Shown: positions 1 to 9,139, counted from the stretch's first letter. The stretch: 39,667 nucleotides of DNA from Candidatus Nealsonbacteria bacterium CG07_land_8_20_14_0_80_39_13 (GCA_002779355.1 PEWS01000027.1:1-39667); one strand, 5' to 3'. Notes: generated by a model from the letters alone, not told the origin. A program made the numbers and translations.

Positions 1-119
1 AAAGAGTATTTTGCTTGGCGGCGAACGTTAGCGAGCAGTGGCGGGGCGGCTTCCTTTGTTCAGGAATTTTTGATAAAGTAGGTTCGAGCGCAGTCATATA
101 GATACTCAGCAAAAAATAT

Positions 120-191
120 GCCGGAGTAACTCAGCGGTAGAGTAGCTGTTTCGTAAATAGCAAGTCGCGAGTTCAAATCTCGCCTCCGGCT
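120..191 (+). tRNA. tRNA-Thr(CGT)
   Basis: Cloverleaf: acceptor GCCGGAG/CTCCGGC, D-arm ACTC/GAGT, anticodon arm GCTGT-TTCGTAA-ATAGC, T-arm GCGAG-TTCAAAT-CTCGC; CCA not encoded. Confidence 0.95.
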
Positions 192-262
192 CACCTTTAA
201 GGCGCCGATAAGCGCTAATATTAAGCTGATTTCCGCAGATATGCGTAGCGGATAATCCGAAA

Positions 263-280
263 GGAGCTTGGCTCCCTTTT
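263..280 (+). terminator. Probable intrinsic terminator after tRNA-Thr
   Basis: GGAGC-TTG-GCTCC hairpin followed by CTTTT. Confidence 0.5.
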
Positions 281-294
281 ATTTGCTTAGAAAA

Positions 295-323
295 TTGACA
301 TTGATATGGTTGTGCGGTATTAT
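295..323 (+). promoter_or_regulatory. Sigma70-type promoter
   Basis: TTGACA-17 bp-TATTAT. Confidence 0.6.
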
Positions 324-483
324 TTCTGTATGTAAATCTACGCTACCCTACGCGCTCTTTTAAATTTTAAACGGCCTTAATATTCGGAATGTCCGGAATG
401 GTCAGAATAAATTAAAAAGAGAAAGATGAAGGTAAAAATATAAAAATTAAAAATATAAAATATAAAAATAAAAATCTAAAAAA

Positions 484-609
484 ATGAACGCACGGGTAAT
501 GATTGCAAGAAGGAGAAAAAGAATTAAAGGAAAAACAGAAACAGGAGGGGGTTGCGGATGGACAGGGCTTCTTAAAAAAGATCCAAACAGACGTCATCTT
601 CGTGCCTGA
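484..609 (+). CDS. Small basic hypothetical protein (41 aa)
   Basis: Read by hand: MNARVMIARRRKRIKGKTETGGGCGWTGLLKKDPNRRHLRA*; A-rich leader, downstream of the promoter at 295; below the ORF-track cutoff. Confidence 0.3.
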   Translation: MNARVMIARRRKRIKGKTETGGGCGWTGLLKKDPNRRHLRA

Positions 610-701
610 ACAAACCCCTTGGAGAACCATTCTTTTATCGGCTCTTCTTTTTTTGCTTTAAGTTTTGCGGAAAAAATGATAAGCTGTATTTATATTAAGG
701 T

Positions 702-1815
702 ATGGAAAATTTGAAAGAAAAACAAGAGAAACAGGAAGAGCTGCAAAAAAGAATCCTCGCGCTTGAGGACTGTCTTTGACGTTGAGAAAAAGAAAAACAT
801 GATAATTGAGATGGAAAAAGAAACCCTGTCTCCTAATTTTTGGGAGAGAAGGGAGGACGCAGTCAGGATCAGTCAGGAATTATCCCAGTTGAAAGAGGAT
901 GTGGCGGAAATGAATTGCCTGAAAGAGGATTTTGAGATAATAAGGGACTTAGGCGAAGAATTAGAGCTGGAAAAATTGGAAAAGAGAATAAAAGAAAAAG
1001 AAAAAATGCTTTTTCTTTCCGGAAAGTATGACAAGGGCAACGCCTTCCTGACTATTTATTCCGGGGCAGGCGGACAGGATGCGCAGGATTGGGTGGCTAT
1101 TCTGTTGAGAATGTATGAAAAATATTGTTCCCGCAAGAATTTTAAAGTAAAGATTTTGGATCAGGCCTTCGGAGAAGGAGGCGGGCCGGAAGGAAGAATT
1201 GGAGTAAAGCAAGTTTCTTTAGAAATTATCGGTCCATACGCCTACGGTCTTTTAAGAGGAGAAATGGGAGTTCATAGGTTGGTCAGGATTTCTCCTTTTT
1301 CTTCTAAATCTTTAAGGCACACCTCATTTACTTTAGTGGAGGTTTTGCCCGAAGTGAAGGAAGCGGGAGATATGATTGTTCCTCCGGATGATTTGAGAGT
1401 TGATCTTTATCGTTCTTCAGGGCCGGGCGGGCAGAATGTCAATAAAAGAGAGACAGCAGTCAGAATAACTCATTTGCCGACAGGAATTGTTGTCGCCTGC
1501 CAATCAGAAAGGTTGCAGGGTTCAAACAAACAGAAAGCGCTGGAAATTCTTTATTCAAAACTTTATGAATTGAATAAAGATAACAAAAAAAAGGAGATGT
1601 CTGAAATAAAGGGAGGAAGGATTTCAGCTGAATGGGGAAGCCAGATAAGATCTTATGTCGTTCATCCTTATAAAATGGTAAAAGATTTAAGGACGGATGT
1701 TGAGACTTCCGATGTGGATAAAATTTTAGACGGGGGACTTGATGATTTCATTGAAGCGGAACTTAAATTACCTGCCCGCAATGCTGAATATAGCGATGCA
1801 GGCGGGAAAAGCTAA
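702..1815 (+). CDS. prfB: Peptide chain release factor 2, with programmed +1 frameshift
   Basis: ATG 702 reads 25 codons to CTT-TGA-C (774-780); the +1 frame (ORF 763..1815) has the SPF and GGQ motifs. Confidence 0.96.
765..780 (+). promoter_or_regulatory. prfB +1 frameshift site
   Basis: GAGGAC-TGT-CTT-TGA-C matches the canonical CTT TGA C slippery/stop site with an upstream purine-rich element. Confidence 0.9.
1771..1806 (+). repeat. 36-nt palindromic element in frame in the prfB 3' end (PARNAEYSDAGG)
   Basis: CCTGCCCGCAATGCT-GAATAT-AGCGATGCAGGCGGG; homologous copies at 20973, 30571 and 31024. Confidence 0.85.
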
Positions 1816-1817
1816 AA

Positions 1818-2513
1818 ATGATAACATTTGAATCAGTAACAAAAGTTTATTCTTCTAAAAAATGCAAGGAGCCGATGAAGGCTTTGGACAATGTTTCTTT
1901 TGAGATAAAACCTAAGGAATTTGTTTCCATCGTCGGCAGGTCGGGTTCAGGGAAGACAACTTTATTGAAAATTATTCTGGCCGAGGAGAAGCCGACAGAG
2001 GGGGCGGTTTTTTTTGAAGGTTGCAATATCCATAAGCTGAAAATGAAAGGCCTTCCTTTCTATAGGAGAAAGATAGGCGCTATTTTTCAGGATTACAAGC
2101 TCCTTTGCTCTAAAACGGTTTATGAAAATATCGCTTTCGTGATGCAGGTTACCGGAGCCGGCGACGTGGAAATAAAAAAAGACGTTCCTAAGGTTTTGGA
2201 AATAGTCGGCTTAGCGGAAAAGTCCAACAACTATCCGGCTGAACTTTCCGGAGGAGAGAAGCAAAGAGTGGCCATTGCCAGAGCCTTGATTCATCGTCCG
2301 GAGGTAATTCTGGCCGATGAGCCGACCGGCAATTTAGACCCTTACAATGTCTTGGAAATTATCAATCTTTTAGTTAAGATTCAGGAGATGGGTACGACCG
2401 TTATTTTAGCCTCTCATAATAAAGATGTAGTTAATTCCATCGGGAAAAGGGTTATTACTTTAGAAAAAGGAAAAATAATAAGAGACGAAGAAAACGGAAG
2501 ATTCATTCTATAA
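1818..2513 (+). CDS. ftsE: Cell division ATP-binding protein FtsE
   Basis: Walker A GRSGSGKT, IFQDYKLL, LSGGEKQR, ADEPTGNLD; upstream of ftsX. Confidence 0.93.
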   Translation: MITFESVTKVYSSKKCKEPMKALDNVSFEIKPKEFVSIVGRSGSGKTTLLKIILAEEKPTEGAVFFEGCNIHKLKMKGLPFYRRKIGAIFQDYKLLCSKTVYENIAFVMQVTGAGDVEIKKDVPKVLEIVGLAEKSNNYPAELSGGEKQRVAIARALIHRPEVILADEPTGNLDPYNVLEIINLLVKIQEMGTTVILASHNKDVVNSIGKRVITLEKGKIIRDEENGRFIL

Positions 2514-2536
2514 TTTTTTTAATTTTTTAAATTTTT

Positions 2537-3445
2537 ATGTTTGTTGCGATTAAGAGGGCTTTAAAAACAGGGTGGAAAAGTTTTTGTTGGAACATCGGCT
2601 CAACCATAGCCACTATTTTTGTTTTGACGATAACTCTTCTTATTTTCAGCTCTATATTTTTGATGAAAGATGTGAGCGATTTTATGATTTCAAAAGTTCA
2701 GGAAAAAGTTGATGTCTCTGTTTATTTTTTGGAAACAACGGATGATAAAAGTATTTCAAAGTTCAAGGAAGAAGTTTTGAAAATAAAAGAGATAAAAGAG
2801 ATAAATTATGTTTCCAAGGAGCAGGTTCTGGCTGATTTTGAGGAGAGGCATAAAGGCGACCCTATTCTGATGAGCGCTTTGGAGGAAGTGGGAGGCAATC
2901 CTTTCTCTTCAGTCCTGAATATCAAGGCTGAAGAAATGGACCAGTATGAATCAATAAAAAATTCTTTGGAGAAAATTCCTTCCGAAGCCGTTGTTAAAAA
3001 AATAGATTATTTCCAGAGGAAGCCGATGATTGAAAGGATTGTCAATTTGACTAAGGCGGCAAGCAACGTCGGCATCAGTCTTTCAGTTGCTTTGGCGCTG
3101 ATATCGGTTTTAGTGACCTTCAGCACAATCAGGCTGGCGATCTATAACAATAGAGAGGAAATAAAGATACAAAGATTAGTCGGCGCTTCCAATTGGTTTG
3201 TCAGGGGTTCTTTCTTGGCCGAAGGAGCTCTCTGCGGTTTCTTGGCGGCCGTCATTTGTTTATCCATAGTTGCTTTGCTTTCGTGGCTTCTTTCGCCTAA
3301 GATTGAATATTTCTTTTCCGGTTTGAATATTTATGAATTTTTTTGTCAAAAAATATGTTCATTGGCTTTAATTCAAATTTCCATCGGAGTAGGATTAGGG
3401 ATAATTTCAGCTTTTATCGCCACCAGGAAACATTTAAAAATATGA
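2537..3445 (+). CDS. ftsX: Cell division permease FtsX
   Basis: One N-terminal TM, extracellular loop, three C-terminal TMs, EIKIQRLVGASNWFV motif. Confidence 0.92.
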   Translation: MFVAIKRALKTGWKSFCWNIGSTIATIFVLTITLLIFSSIFLMKDVSDFMISKVQEKVDVSVYFLETTDDKSISKFKEEVLKIKEIKEINYVSKEQVLADFEERHKGDPILMSALEEVGGNPFSSVLNIKAEEMDQYESIKNSLEKIPSEAVVKKIDYFQRKPMIERIVNLTKAASNVGISLSVALALISVLVTFSTIRLAIYNNREEIKIQRLVGASNWFVRGSFLAEGALCGFLAAVICLSIVALLSWLLSPKIEYFFSGLNIYEFFCQKICSLALIQISIGVGLGIISAFIATRKHLKI

Positions 3446-3462
3446 AAATAAAATAATAAAAT

Positions 3463-3915
3463 ATGACTAAATATCTGACCAAAGAGGGTTTGGAAAAATT
3501 AAAAAAGGAATTGGATTATCTGAAAAACATTAAAAGAAAAGAAGTGTCCGCGGCCATTAAATATGCCGCTGATTTTGGCGACTTAAAAGAGAACGCCGCT
3601 TATGACGAAGCTAAAGACGCTCAAGGATTTGTGGAGGGCAAAATTTTGGAACTGGAGAGAGCCGTCGCCCAAGCCCATGTTATTGAAGCGATAAATAACG
3701 GCAAAATTCAAATAGGCTCAATTGTTTCAATCCGTTCTGGAGAAAGAGAAGATAGATTTCATATTGTCGGCCAGGAAGAATCGGATATTATGCAGGGGAA
3801 AATTTCGTATCAATCTCCTCTGGGGTCAGCTCTTATGGGCAAGACTGAAGGAGAAAAGGTTATCATTAAAATTGCGGAAAACAAGACTGAATATAAAATA
3901 ATTAAAGTTGAATAA
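3463..3915 (+). CDS. greA: Transcription elongation factor GreA
   Basis: YLTKEG..KLKKEL, GDLKENAAY, ISYQSPLGSAL. Confidence 0.95.
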   Translation: MTKYLTKEGLEKLKKELDYLKNIKRKEVSAAIKYAADFGDLKENAAYDEAKDAQGFVEGKILELERAVAQAHVIEAINNGKIQIGSIVSIRSGEREDRFHIVGQEESDIMQGKISYQSPLGSALMGKTEGEKVIIKIAENKTEYKIIKVE

Positions 3916-3927
3916 TTTTTCAGGAAA

Positions 3928-4674
3928 ATGAAAATTAATCTGCTGATTATAGGTTTTGCTACGGGATTTATAAGTTCTTTTTTGGGTATCGGCGGAGGGG
4001 TTTTTCTTGTTCCGGCCTTGGAGTATTTTTGGGGCTATAATTTTGAAAGAGCCATCGGCGCTTCCTTGGCCATAATAGCTCCGATTGTTTTGGCCGGATT
4101 GCTGTTCCATTTTTTGATAGAAGCCGAGAATATTAAGCTGGTGTTTGCCGCTTTTGCCGTTCTTGGTTCAATTATCGGAGCTAAGATCGGCGCTAATCTG
4201 GCTAACAAAATAGAGGACGGATTGCTGGCAAAAATTTTCTCTTTTGTTTTTGTTTTAGCCGGATTGAAGCTGACGGGAATAATTTGTTTTCCCATAGAAC
4301 AAATTTTCAGTGAAAATATTTATCCGCTTCTGATTGTCTTAGGGCTGGCCGCCGGAATAATATCAGCTCTTTTCGGCATAGGAGAGGGACTGATAATTGT
4401 TCCGGGTTTAAGCCTTTTTTTCGGCTTTTCAATGCAGGAAGCCATAGCTACTTCTTTGGCTGTGATATTTCCAACGACATTAGCCGGGGCGCTGTTTCAT
4501 CATAAATTTAATAATATAGAAATGGATGTTGTGAAGAATTTGATTCCCGCGGCTTTAGCCGGAGCTTTTTTCGGCGCGCTTTGCGTCAATATCATCCCTT
4601 CTCTTTTCGTAGAAAAGATTTTCGGAATTTTCATGATTCTTTATTCAATTAAAACCTTTTTAAGAAAAAATTAA
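3928..4674 (+). CDS. TauE/SafE (TSUP) family membrane transporter
   Basis: Two repeats with GIGGG/GIGEG...VP and A.(G/A).SL motifs, about 8 TM segments. Confidence 0.85.
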   Translation: MKINLLIIGFATGFISSFLGIGGGVFLVPALEYFWGYNFERAIGASLAIIAPIVLAGLLFHFLIEAENIKLVFAAFAVLGSIIGAKIGANLANKIEDGLLAKIFSFVFVLAGLKLTGIICFPIEQIFSENIYPLLIVLGLAAGIISALFGIGEGLIIVPGLSLFFGFSMQEAIATSLAVIFPTTLAGALFHHKFNNIEMDVVKNLIPAALAGAFFGALCVNIIPSLFVEKIFGIFMILYSIKTFLRKN

Positions 4675-4772
4675 TGTCAATTTTGACCAAAAAGATAAGC
4701 TGGCCAATTGTAATTTTAATCTCCCTTTTCTTGAGCGCCCTCCTTCTCTTTTTAGAAGTCCATTTTATTTAA
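4674..4772 (+). CDS. Small single-TM protein (32 aa) or gene remnant
   Basis: TAATG overlap with the previous stop; MSILTKKISWPIVILISLFLSALLLFLEVHFI*. Confidence 0.4.
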   Translation: MSILTKKISWPIVILISLFLSALLLFLEVHFI

Positions 4773-4794
4773 AAAATGAAAAATTAGAAAAACT

Positions 4795-5931
4795 ATGGAG
4801 CCGTTGGCGTCTAAAATAAGGCCGAAAAATTTAAGCGAATTTGTCGGCCAAAAACATCTGACAGGAGAGGGAAAGCCCCTCAATGTTGCTATTAAAAACA
4901 AGCATCTGTTTTCTTTTATTCTTTGGGGCCCGCCGGGAGTGGGAAAAACAACTTTGGCGAAAATATACGCTAACGCTTTAGACGCCTGCCTTTACGAACT
5001 TTCTGCCGTTTCAGCCGGAAAAGCTGATATAAGAAAAATAATCAGCGAAGATACAGGAGATAAGCCGAAGATATTATTTCTTGATGAAATCCATCGTTTT
5101 AATAAAGCCCAGCAAGATTTTCTTTTACCTTTCGTTGAAACGGGGAAAATTACTTTAGTTGGCGCGACTACGGAGAATCCGAGTTTTGAAGTTATCTCCG
5201 CCTTGCTTTCCCGTTGCCGGGTTTTTGTTTTAAACGAACTTTCAAAAGAGGAAATGGCAGGAATAATTAAAATGACCGGTTTTAAGCTTAATAAGGAAGC
5301 TGAAGAATGGTTGATAGCTATGGCTAATGGCGACGCTCGGCAGGCGATTACGATGCTGGAAAATGCCTCTGAATTATATGGGAAGATTACAAAGGAAACG
5401 TTGAAAGACACTCTTCAGTCAAAATTTTTACGTTACGACAAACAGGGAGAAGAACATCATAATACCATCAGCGCTTTTATTAAAAGCATGAGGGCCGGAC
5501 AGCCTGATGCCGCCTTGTATTATCTGGCCAGAATGATAACTTCCGGCGAAGACCCTAAATTTATCGCCAGAAGAATGGTTATTTTTGCCAGTGAAGATAT
5601 CGGCTTGGTTCAGCCGACGGCTTTAGTGGTGGCCAATGCGGTTTTTCGGGCAGTGGAAATAATCGGCCTGCCGGAATGCGGAATAAATTTAGCCACAGGG
5701 GTTGTTTATTTGTCCACCTGTAAAAAAGACAGAAGCGCTTACGACGCTTATCTTTTGGCGATGGAAGATGCGGAGGCCTACGGGAATCTTCCGGTTCCTT
5801 TGAAGATAAGAAATGCTCCGACAAAGCTGATGAAGAATTTGGATTATGGCAAGGGTTATGAGCCGTATTCAAAAGAAGATTTCTTGCCCGACGAGATCAA
5901 AGGCAAAAAATATTTCCTCCCTAAGGCTTGA
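4795..5931 (+). CDS. rarA: Replication-associated recombination protein A (AAA+ ATPase)
   Basis: PLA..IRP, WGPPGVGKTT, DEIHRFNKAQQD, GATTENPSF, ISAFIKSMR. Confidence 0.95.
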   Translation: MEPLASKIRPKNLSEFVGQKHLTGEGKPLNVAIKNKHLFSFILWGPPGVGKTTLAKIYANALDACLYELSAVSAGKADIRKIISEDTGDKPKILFLDEIHRFNKAQQDFLLPFVETGKITLVGATTENPSFEVISALLSRCRVFVLNELSKEEMAGIIKMTGFKLNKEAEEWLIAMANGDARQAITMLENASELYGKITKETLKDTLQSKFLRYDKQGEEHHNTISAFIKSMRAGQPDAALYYLARMITSGEDPKFIARRMVIFASEDIGLVQPTALVVANAVFRAVEIIGLPECGINLATGVVYLSTCKKDRSAYDAYLLAMEDAEAYGNLPVPLKIRNAPTKLMKNLDYGKGYEPYSKEDFLPDEIKGKKYFLPKA

Positions 5932-5964
5932 CGAGACTTTATCTTTTTGCTGAAATAGAGTTAT

Positions 5965-6648
5965 ACGGAGATTCAATACCTCGGACATTCATCATTTCTA
6001 ATAGGTGATTTATTGATAGACCCTTTCTCGGAAGGAGAATTTTACTTTAAAGATGAACAGGAGGATGCAAAATGTAAAATTATCTGCATTTCTCATGACA
6101 CTCATTTGGAAGAGGTTTTTGAATTGGCGAGGATCAATGACGCTGTAATTGTGGCCGTAGAACAGATCGCTAAAATAGCTTTAACTAATGGATTAAAATC
6201 AGAAGAAATGAATATAGGGGGATGGATAAGAATAAGAAATTGGAAAATAAAAATGGTGGAGGCTGTTCATTCTTCAGGGACAGGGCATTCAGTCGGATTT
6301 ATACTGGAGGATATGGATTCAAACACAAAGATTTATCATTCCGGCAATACCGGTTTGTTTGGGGATATGAAATTAATCGGAGAAGAGGATATTGATATCG
6401 CTATGCTTCCGATAGGAGACAGATATACGATGGGGATAAAAGACGCTTTAAGGGCAGTCGATTTTATTAAGCCGAAAGTTGTGGTTCCTATGCATTACAA
6501 TACATTTCCCGCTATCGGAGCTGACCCGGAAGGTTTTGCTAAAATGTGCCACGCTAAAGTTGAGATTTTTAACATCGGAGAAATAAAAAATTATAGCGTA
6601 GGTAAAAAATCGTTCGTCCCTTTTACAGGAAAAGACAACCTCGCCTAA
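5965..6648 (+). CDS. UPF0173-like metallo-beta-lactamase-fold hydrolase, probably degenerate
   Basis: The frame opens at ACG 5965 (TEIQYLGHSSF..LLIDP); LPIGDRYTMG and VPMHYNTFP motifs present; metal motifs altered (SHDTHL, HSGNTG). Confidence 0.75.
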   Translation, partial: TEIQYLGHSSFLIGDLLIDPFSEGEFYFKDEQEDAKCKIICISHDTHLEEVFELARINDAVIVAVEQIAKIALTNGLKSEEMNIGGWIRIRNWKIKMVEAVHSSGTGHSVGFILEDMDSNTKIYHSGNTGLFGDMKLIGEEDIDIAMLPIGDRYTMGIKDALRAVDFIKPKVVVPMHYNTFPAIGADPEGFAKMCHAKVEIFNIGEIKNYSVGKKSFVPFTGKDNLA

Positions 6649-6667
6649 AAATATTAAAATAGCGTTT

Positions 6668-6709
6668 GAGAACAACGGAGGAGAACAACGGAGGACGGGC
6701 CTCCGTTGT
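6668..6709. repeat. REP-like hairpin with 13-bp direct duplication
   Basis: ACAACGGAGG-ACGGG-CCTCCGTTGT (6685-6709); GAGAACAACGGAG twice. Confidence 0.7.
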
Positions 6710-6741
6710 AAAATTATCTCAAATATACTAATATTGTAAAT

Positions 6742-6990
6742 ATGGCAAACATCTATCTTCAAAAGCAATTAGAATACTTTAAGGCGCGTCAAAAAGAACT
6801 CGTAGAAAAATACGAAGGGAAATTTCTTGTCATCAATGGCCAGAAAGTCCATGGCGTTTATGATACAGAAATAGAAGCATATGCTGACGCTAAAAAGAAA
6901 TTTGAATTAGGCAATTTTTTAATCCAACAATGTCTATCCGGTCAAGAAAGCTATACCCAAACCTTTCATTCTCGGGTTGCGCTTTCTTGA
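6742..6990 (+). CDS. Small DUF5678-like protein
   Basis: ELVEKYEGKFLVI...VHGVYD..EAY pattern; paired with a retropepsin-like gene. Confidence 0.65.
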   Translation: MANIYLQKQLEYFKARQKELVEKYEGKFLVINGQKVHGVYDTEIEAYADAKKKFELGNFLIQQCLSGQESYTQTFHSRVALS

Positions 6991-6994
6991 TTTC

Positions 6995-7555
6995 ATGTAG
7001 CATCATGCATTTACCATCCGACATAACGGACAAGTAAGAGTATTGTTTACTAAAGTGAATGTGTCTTTGCCGATTACCCCAGAAGAAGCGCAAACACAAA
7101 AAGTTGAACTCAAAGAGTATATTGCGATTTGGGATACAGGGGCAACGCACTCTGCTATAACGAAAAAGGTTGTAGATGATTTAAAATTGCAACCTACGGG
7201 AATGCGGGAGACGAGGCACGCTGGAGGAAAATCTTCGAATAATACATATCTCGTTAATATCGCATTACCTAATAATGTGATGGTACATCATGTGCGAGTG
7301 ACAGAAATCCAGCTTATTCCAGATGATAATGCATCGGACGATGAGCAACCCCAGCTTTTGATAGGAATGGATATAATTGGACTTGGTGATTTTGCTGTTA
7401 CTAATGTTAACAGCAGAACTACTTTTTCATTCAGGATTCCAGCGGTTGAGGAGATAGATTTTATACCGGATGCTCAAGAGAATAATGTGATGGAAAGCGG
7501 CAATAGGCAAGAGTGGCGCGCTTTTCAAGCGAATAAAAGGAAAGGGCTGATTTAA
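6995..7555 (+). pseudogene. Retropepsin-like aspartic protease with a stop at codon 2 (or intact from TTG 7043)
   Basis: AIWDTGAT and LLIGMDII motifs; the in-frame ATG 6995 is followed immediately by TAG, then HHAFTIRHNGQVRVLFTKV. Confidence 0.65.
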
Positions 7556-7585
7556 AAAGTTATTACTGCCAAAATTTTTATATTA

Positions 7586-7615
7586 GAAGCTTTGGAAAAT
7601 AAGCTTCCTTTTTTT
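7586..7615 (+). terminator. Intrinsic terminator between convergent genes
   Basis: GAAGCTT-8 nt-AAGCTTC then a T-run. Confidence 0.55.
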
Positions 7616-7627
7616 GTTTAAAATCCG

Positions 7628-9034
7628 TTAGTTGATTTTGGCGATGGCCAGGGAGTTATTAATCTCTATTCTTTTCCAGTTGCCTCCGTGAATTATCAGA
7701 ACATTCTCTCCGACTTTAACCAATCCTTGTTTTTTTAATTCATTTAGGATGGGGAGCGGGCTTCTGAAAGCTCCTGTTGGAAATTTTACAAAAAAACTTG
7801 TTACTCCATACAGCAAAGCTGAAAACTCGGCGGTTTTTTTATTGTTGGTTATGGCAATCACCGGTATGCTTGGCCTTAAGCTGGATAGGGCTCTGACTGA
7901 ATACCCGGTGGAAGTGAAAACAAGAGCTTTCGTTATATTGAAGTCTTTATGATTTTCAATTATTTCCATGCCTGCTTCAGAAATCAATTCCACAAAGCTG
8001 TTGGGCTTAGGAGCTAATCTTAAAGAGGGGCATTCTTTTTCATTGAAATCCAATATTCGGGACATTGTCTCAATTGTCTTGATCGGATATTTTCCGGCGG
8101 CGGTTTCTTCGGAAAGCATTACTGCGTCGGTGCCGTTGAAAACAGCATTGGCGACATCCGTCGCCTCCGCTCTTGACGGGCTGGGATTATCAATCATTGA
8201 CATAAGCATTTGGGTGGCGACGATAACCGGTTTTCTTTTTTCCCGGCATTTGGAAATGATGGATTTTTGCCAGTAAGCGATCTGCTCAATTGGTATCTCA
8301 ACTCCGAGGTCTCCTCTGGCTATCATTATTGCGTCAGCCGATTCAATGATTTCTTCTATATTGTTCAGAGCTTCTTTATTTTCTATTTTAGCGACGATTT
8401 GAGCTGTTATTTTTCTTTTCTTCATTTCCTTCCTTAGGAATTCAACGTCCTCCTTTGTTCTGCAGAAAGAAAGGGCGATAAAGTCAATTTTAACTCTGGC
8501 CGCCATATCCAGTTTTTTCAGGTCGTCGTTGATAAGGGAAGGCAAGCCTGTCTTTTTCCCGGGGAAATTGACGCCTTTCCTGTTTTTTATAATTCCGTCT
8601 CCGAGGGCTCGGGCGTATAAAAATCCGTTTTTCTTTTCAATCACTTCAAATTCAAAAAACCCATTATCTATTGAGAAAAGGTCTTTCGGTTTCAGCATTT
8701 TTAAAATATTGGAGTGGGGAATGACTATTTTTATTTCCGGAGAGGAAAAAGATTTCCCGAAAATTAAGGACTCGTTTTTTTTGAAAATTACAGCCTCTTT
8801 GTTTTTTGTGAAAATTCTGACTTCAGGTCCCTGGAGGTCTATCATGATGCCGACAGGGATTTCCAGAGAATCTGATATCTCTTGGACTATTTTTATTTTT
8901 TCATTATGCCATTCAACGGTAGAATGTTTCATATTGAAGCGAAAAACATTCACGCCGGCTTTTATAAGAGCGGCTATGTCTTTAGGGCTTTCCGAAACTG
9001 GCCCTATTGTAGCAATAATTTTCGTCTTTTTCAT
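7628..9034 (-). CDS. pyk: Pyruvate kinase
   Basis: KTKIIATIGP, DLQGPEVR, AKIE, MIARGDLGVE, ATQML, DAVMLSEETA. Confidence 0.96.
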   Translation of the reverse strand: MKKTKIIATIGPVSESPKDIAALIKAGVNVFRFNMKHSTVEWHNEKIKIVQEISDSLEIPVGIMIDLQGPEVRIFTKNKEAVIFKKNESLIFGKSFSSPEIKIVIPHSNILKMLKPKDLFSIDNGFFEFEVIEKKNGFLYARALGDGIIKNRKGVNFPGKKTGLPSLINDDLKKLDMAARVKIDFIALSFCRTKEDVEFLRKEMKKRKITAQIVAKIENKEALNNIEEIIESADAIMIARGDLGVEIPIEQIAYWQKSIISKCREKRKPVIVATQMLMSMIDNPSPSRAEATDVANAVFNGTDAVMLSEETAAGKYPIKTIETMSRILDFNEKECPSLRLAPKPNSFVELISEAGMEIIENHKDFNITKALVFTSTGYSVRALSSLRPSIPVIAITNNKKTAEFSALLYGVTSFFVKFPTGAFRSPLPILNELKKQGLVKVGENVLIIHGGNWKRIEINNSLAIAKIN

Positions 9035-9045
9035 AGATATTTGTT

Positions 9046-9089
9046 TAGGATTATACTAGGATTATAATAGGATTATACAAGGATATATT
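9046..9089. repeat. 11-bp tandem repeat in the pyk upstream region
   Basis: TAGGATTATAC TAGGATTATAA TAGGATTATAC AAGGATATATT. Confidence 0.8.
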
Positions 9090-9139
9090 ATAGCATCATT
9101 CAGGAGATTGACGAACAAAATATGTCCGGGAAGGACGCC

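Noticed and set aside
412..630. Minus-strand 72-aa Phe-rich ORF and similar short antisense ORFs in the track
   Set aside because: They are low-complexity shadows of A-rich sequence or of real genes on the opposite strand.
777..779. TGA reassignment (genetic code 25)
   Set aside because: RF2 with SPF is present, several genes (ftsX, rarA, the glutaredoxin) end in TGA, and long ORFs have no internal TGA.
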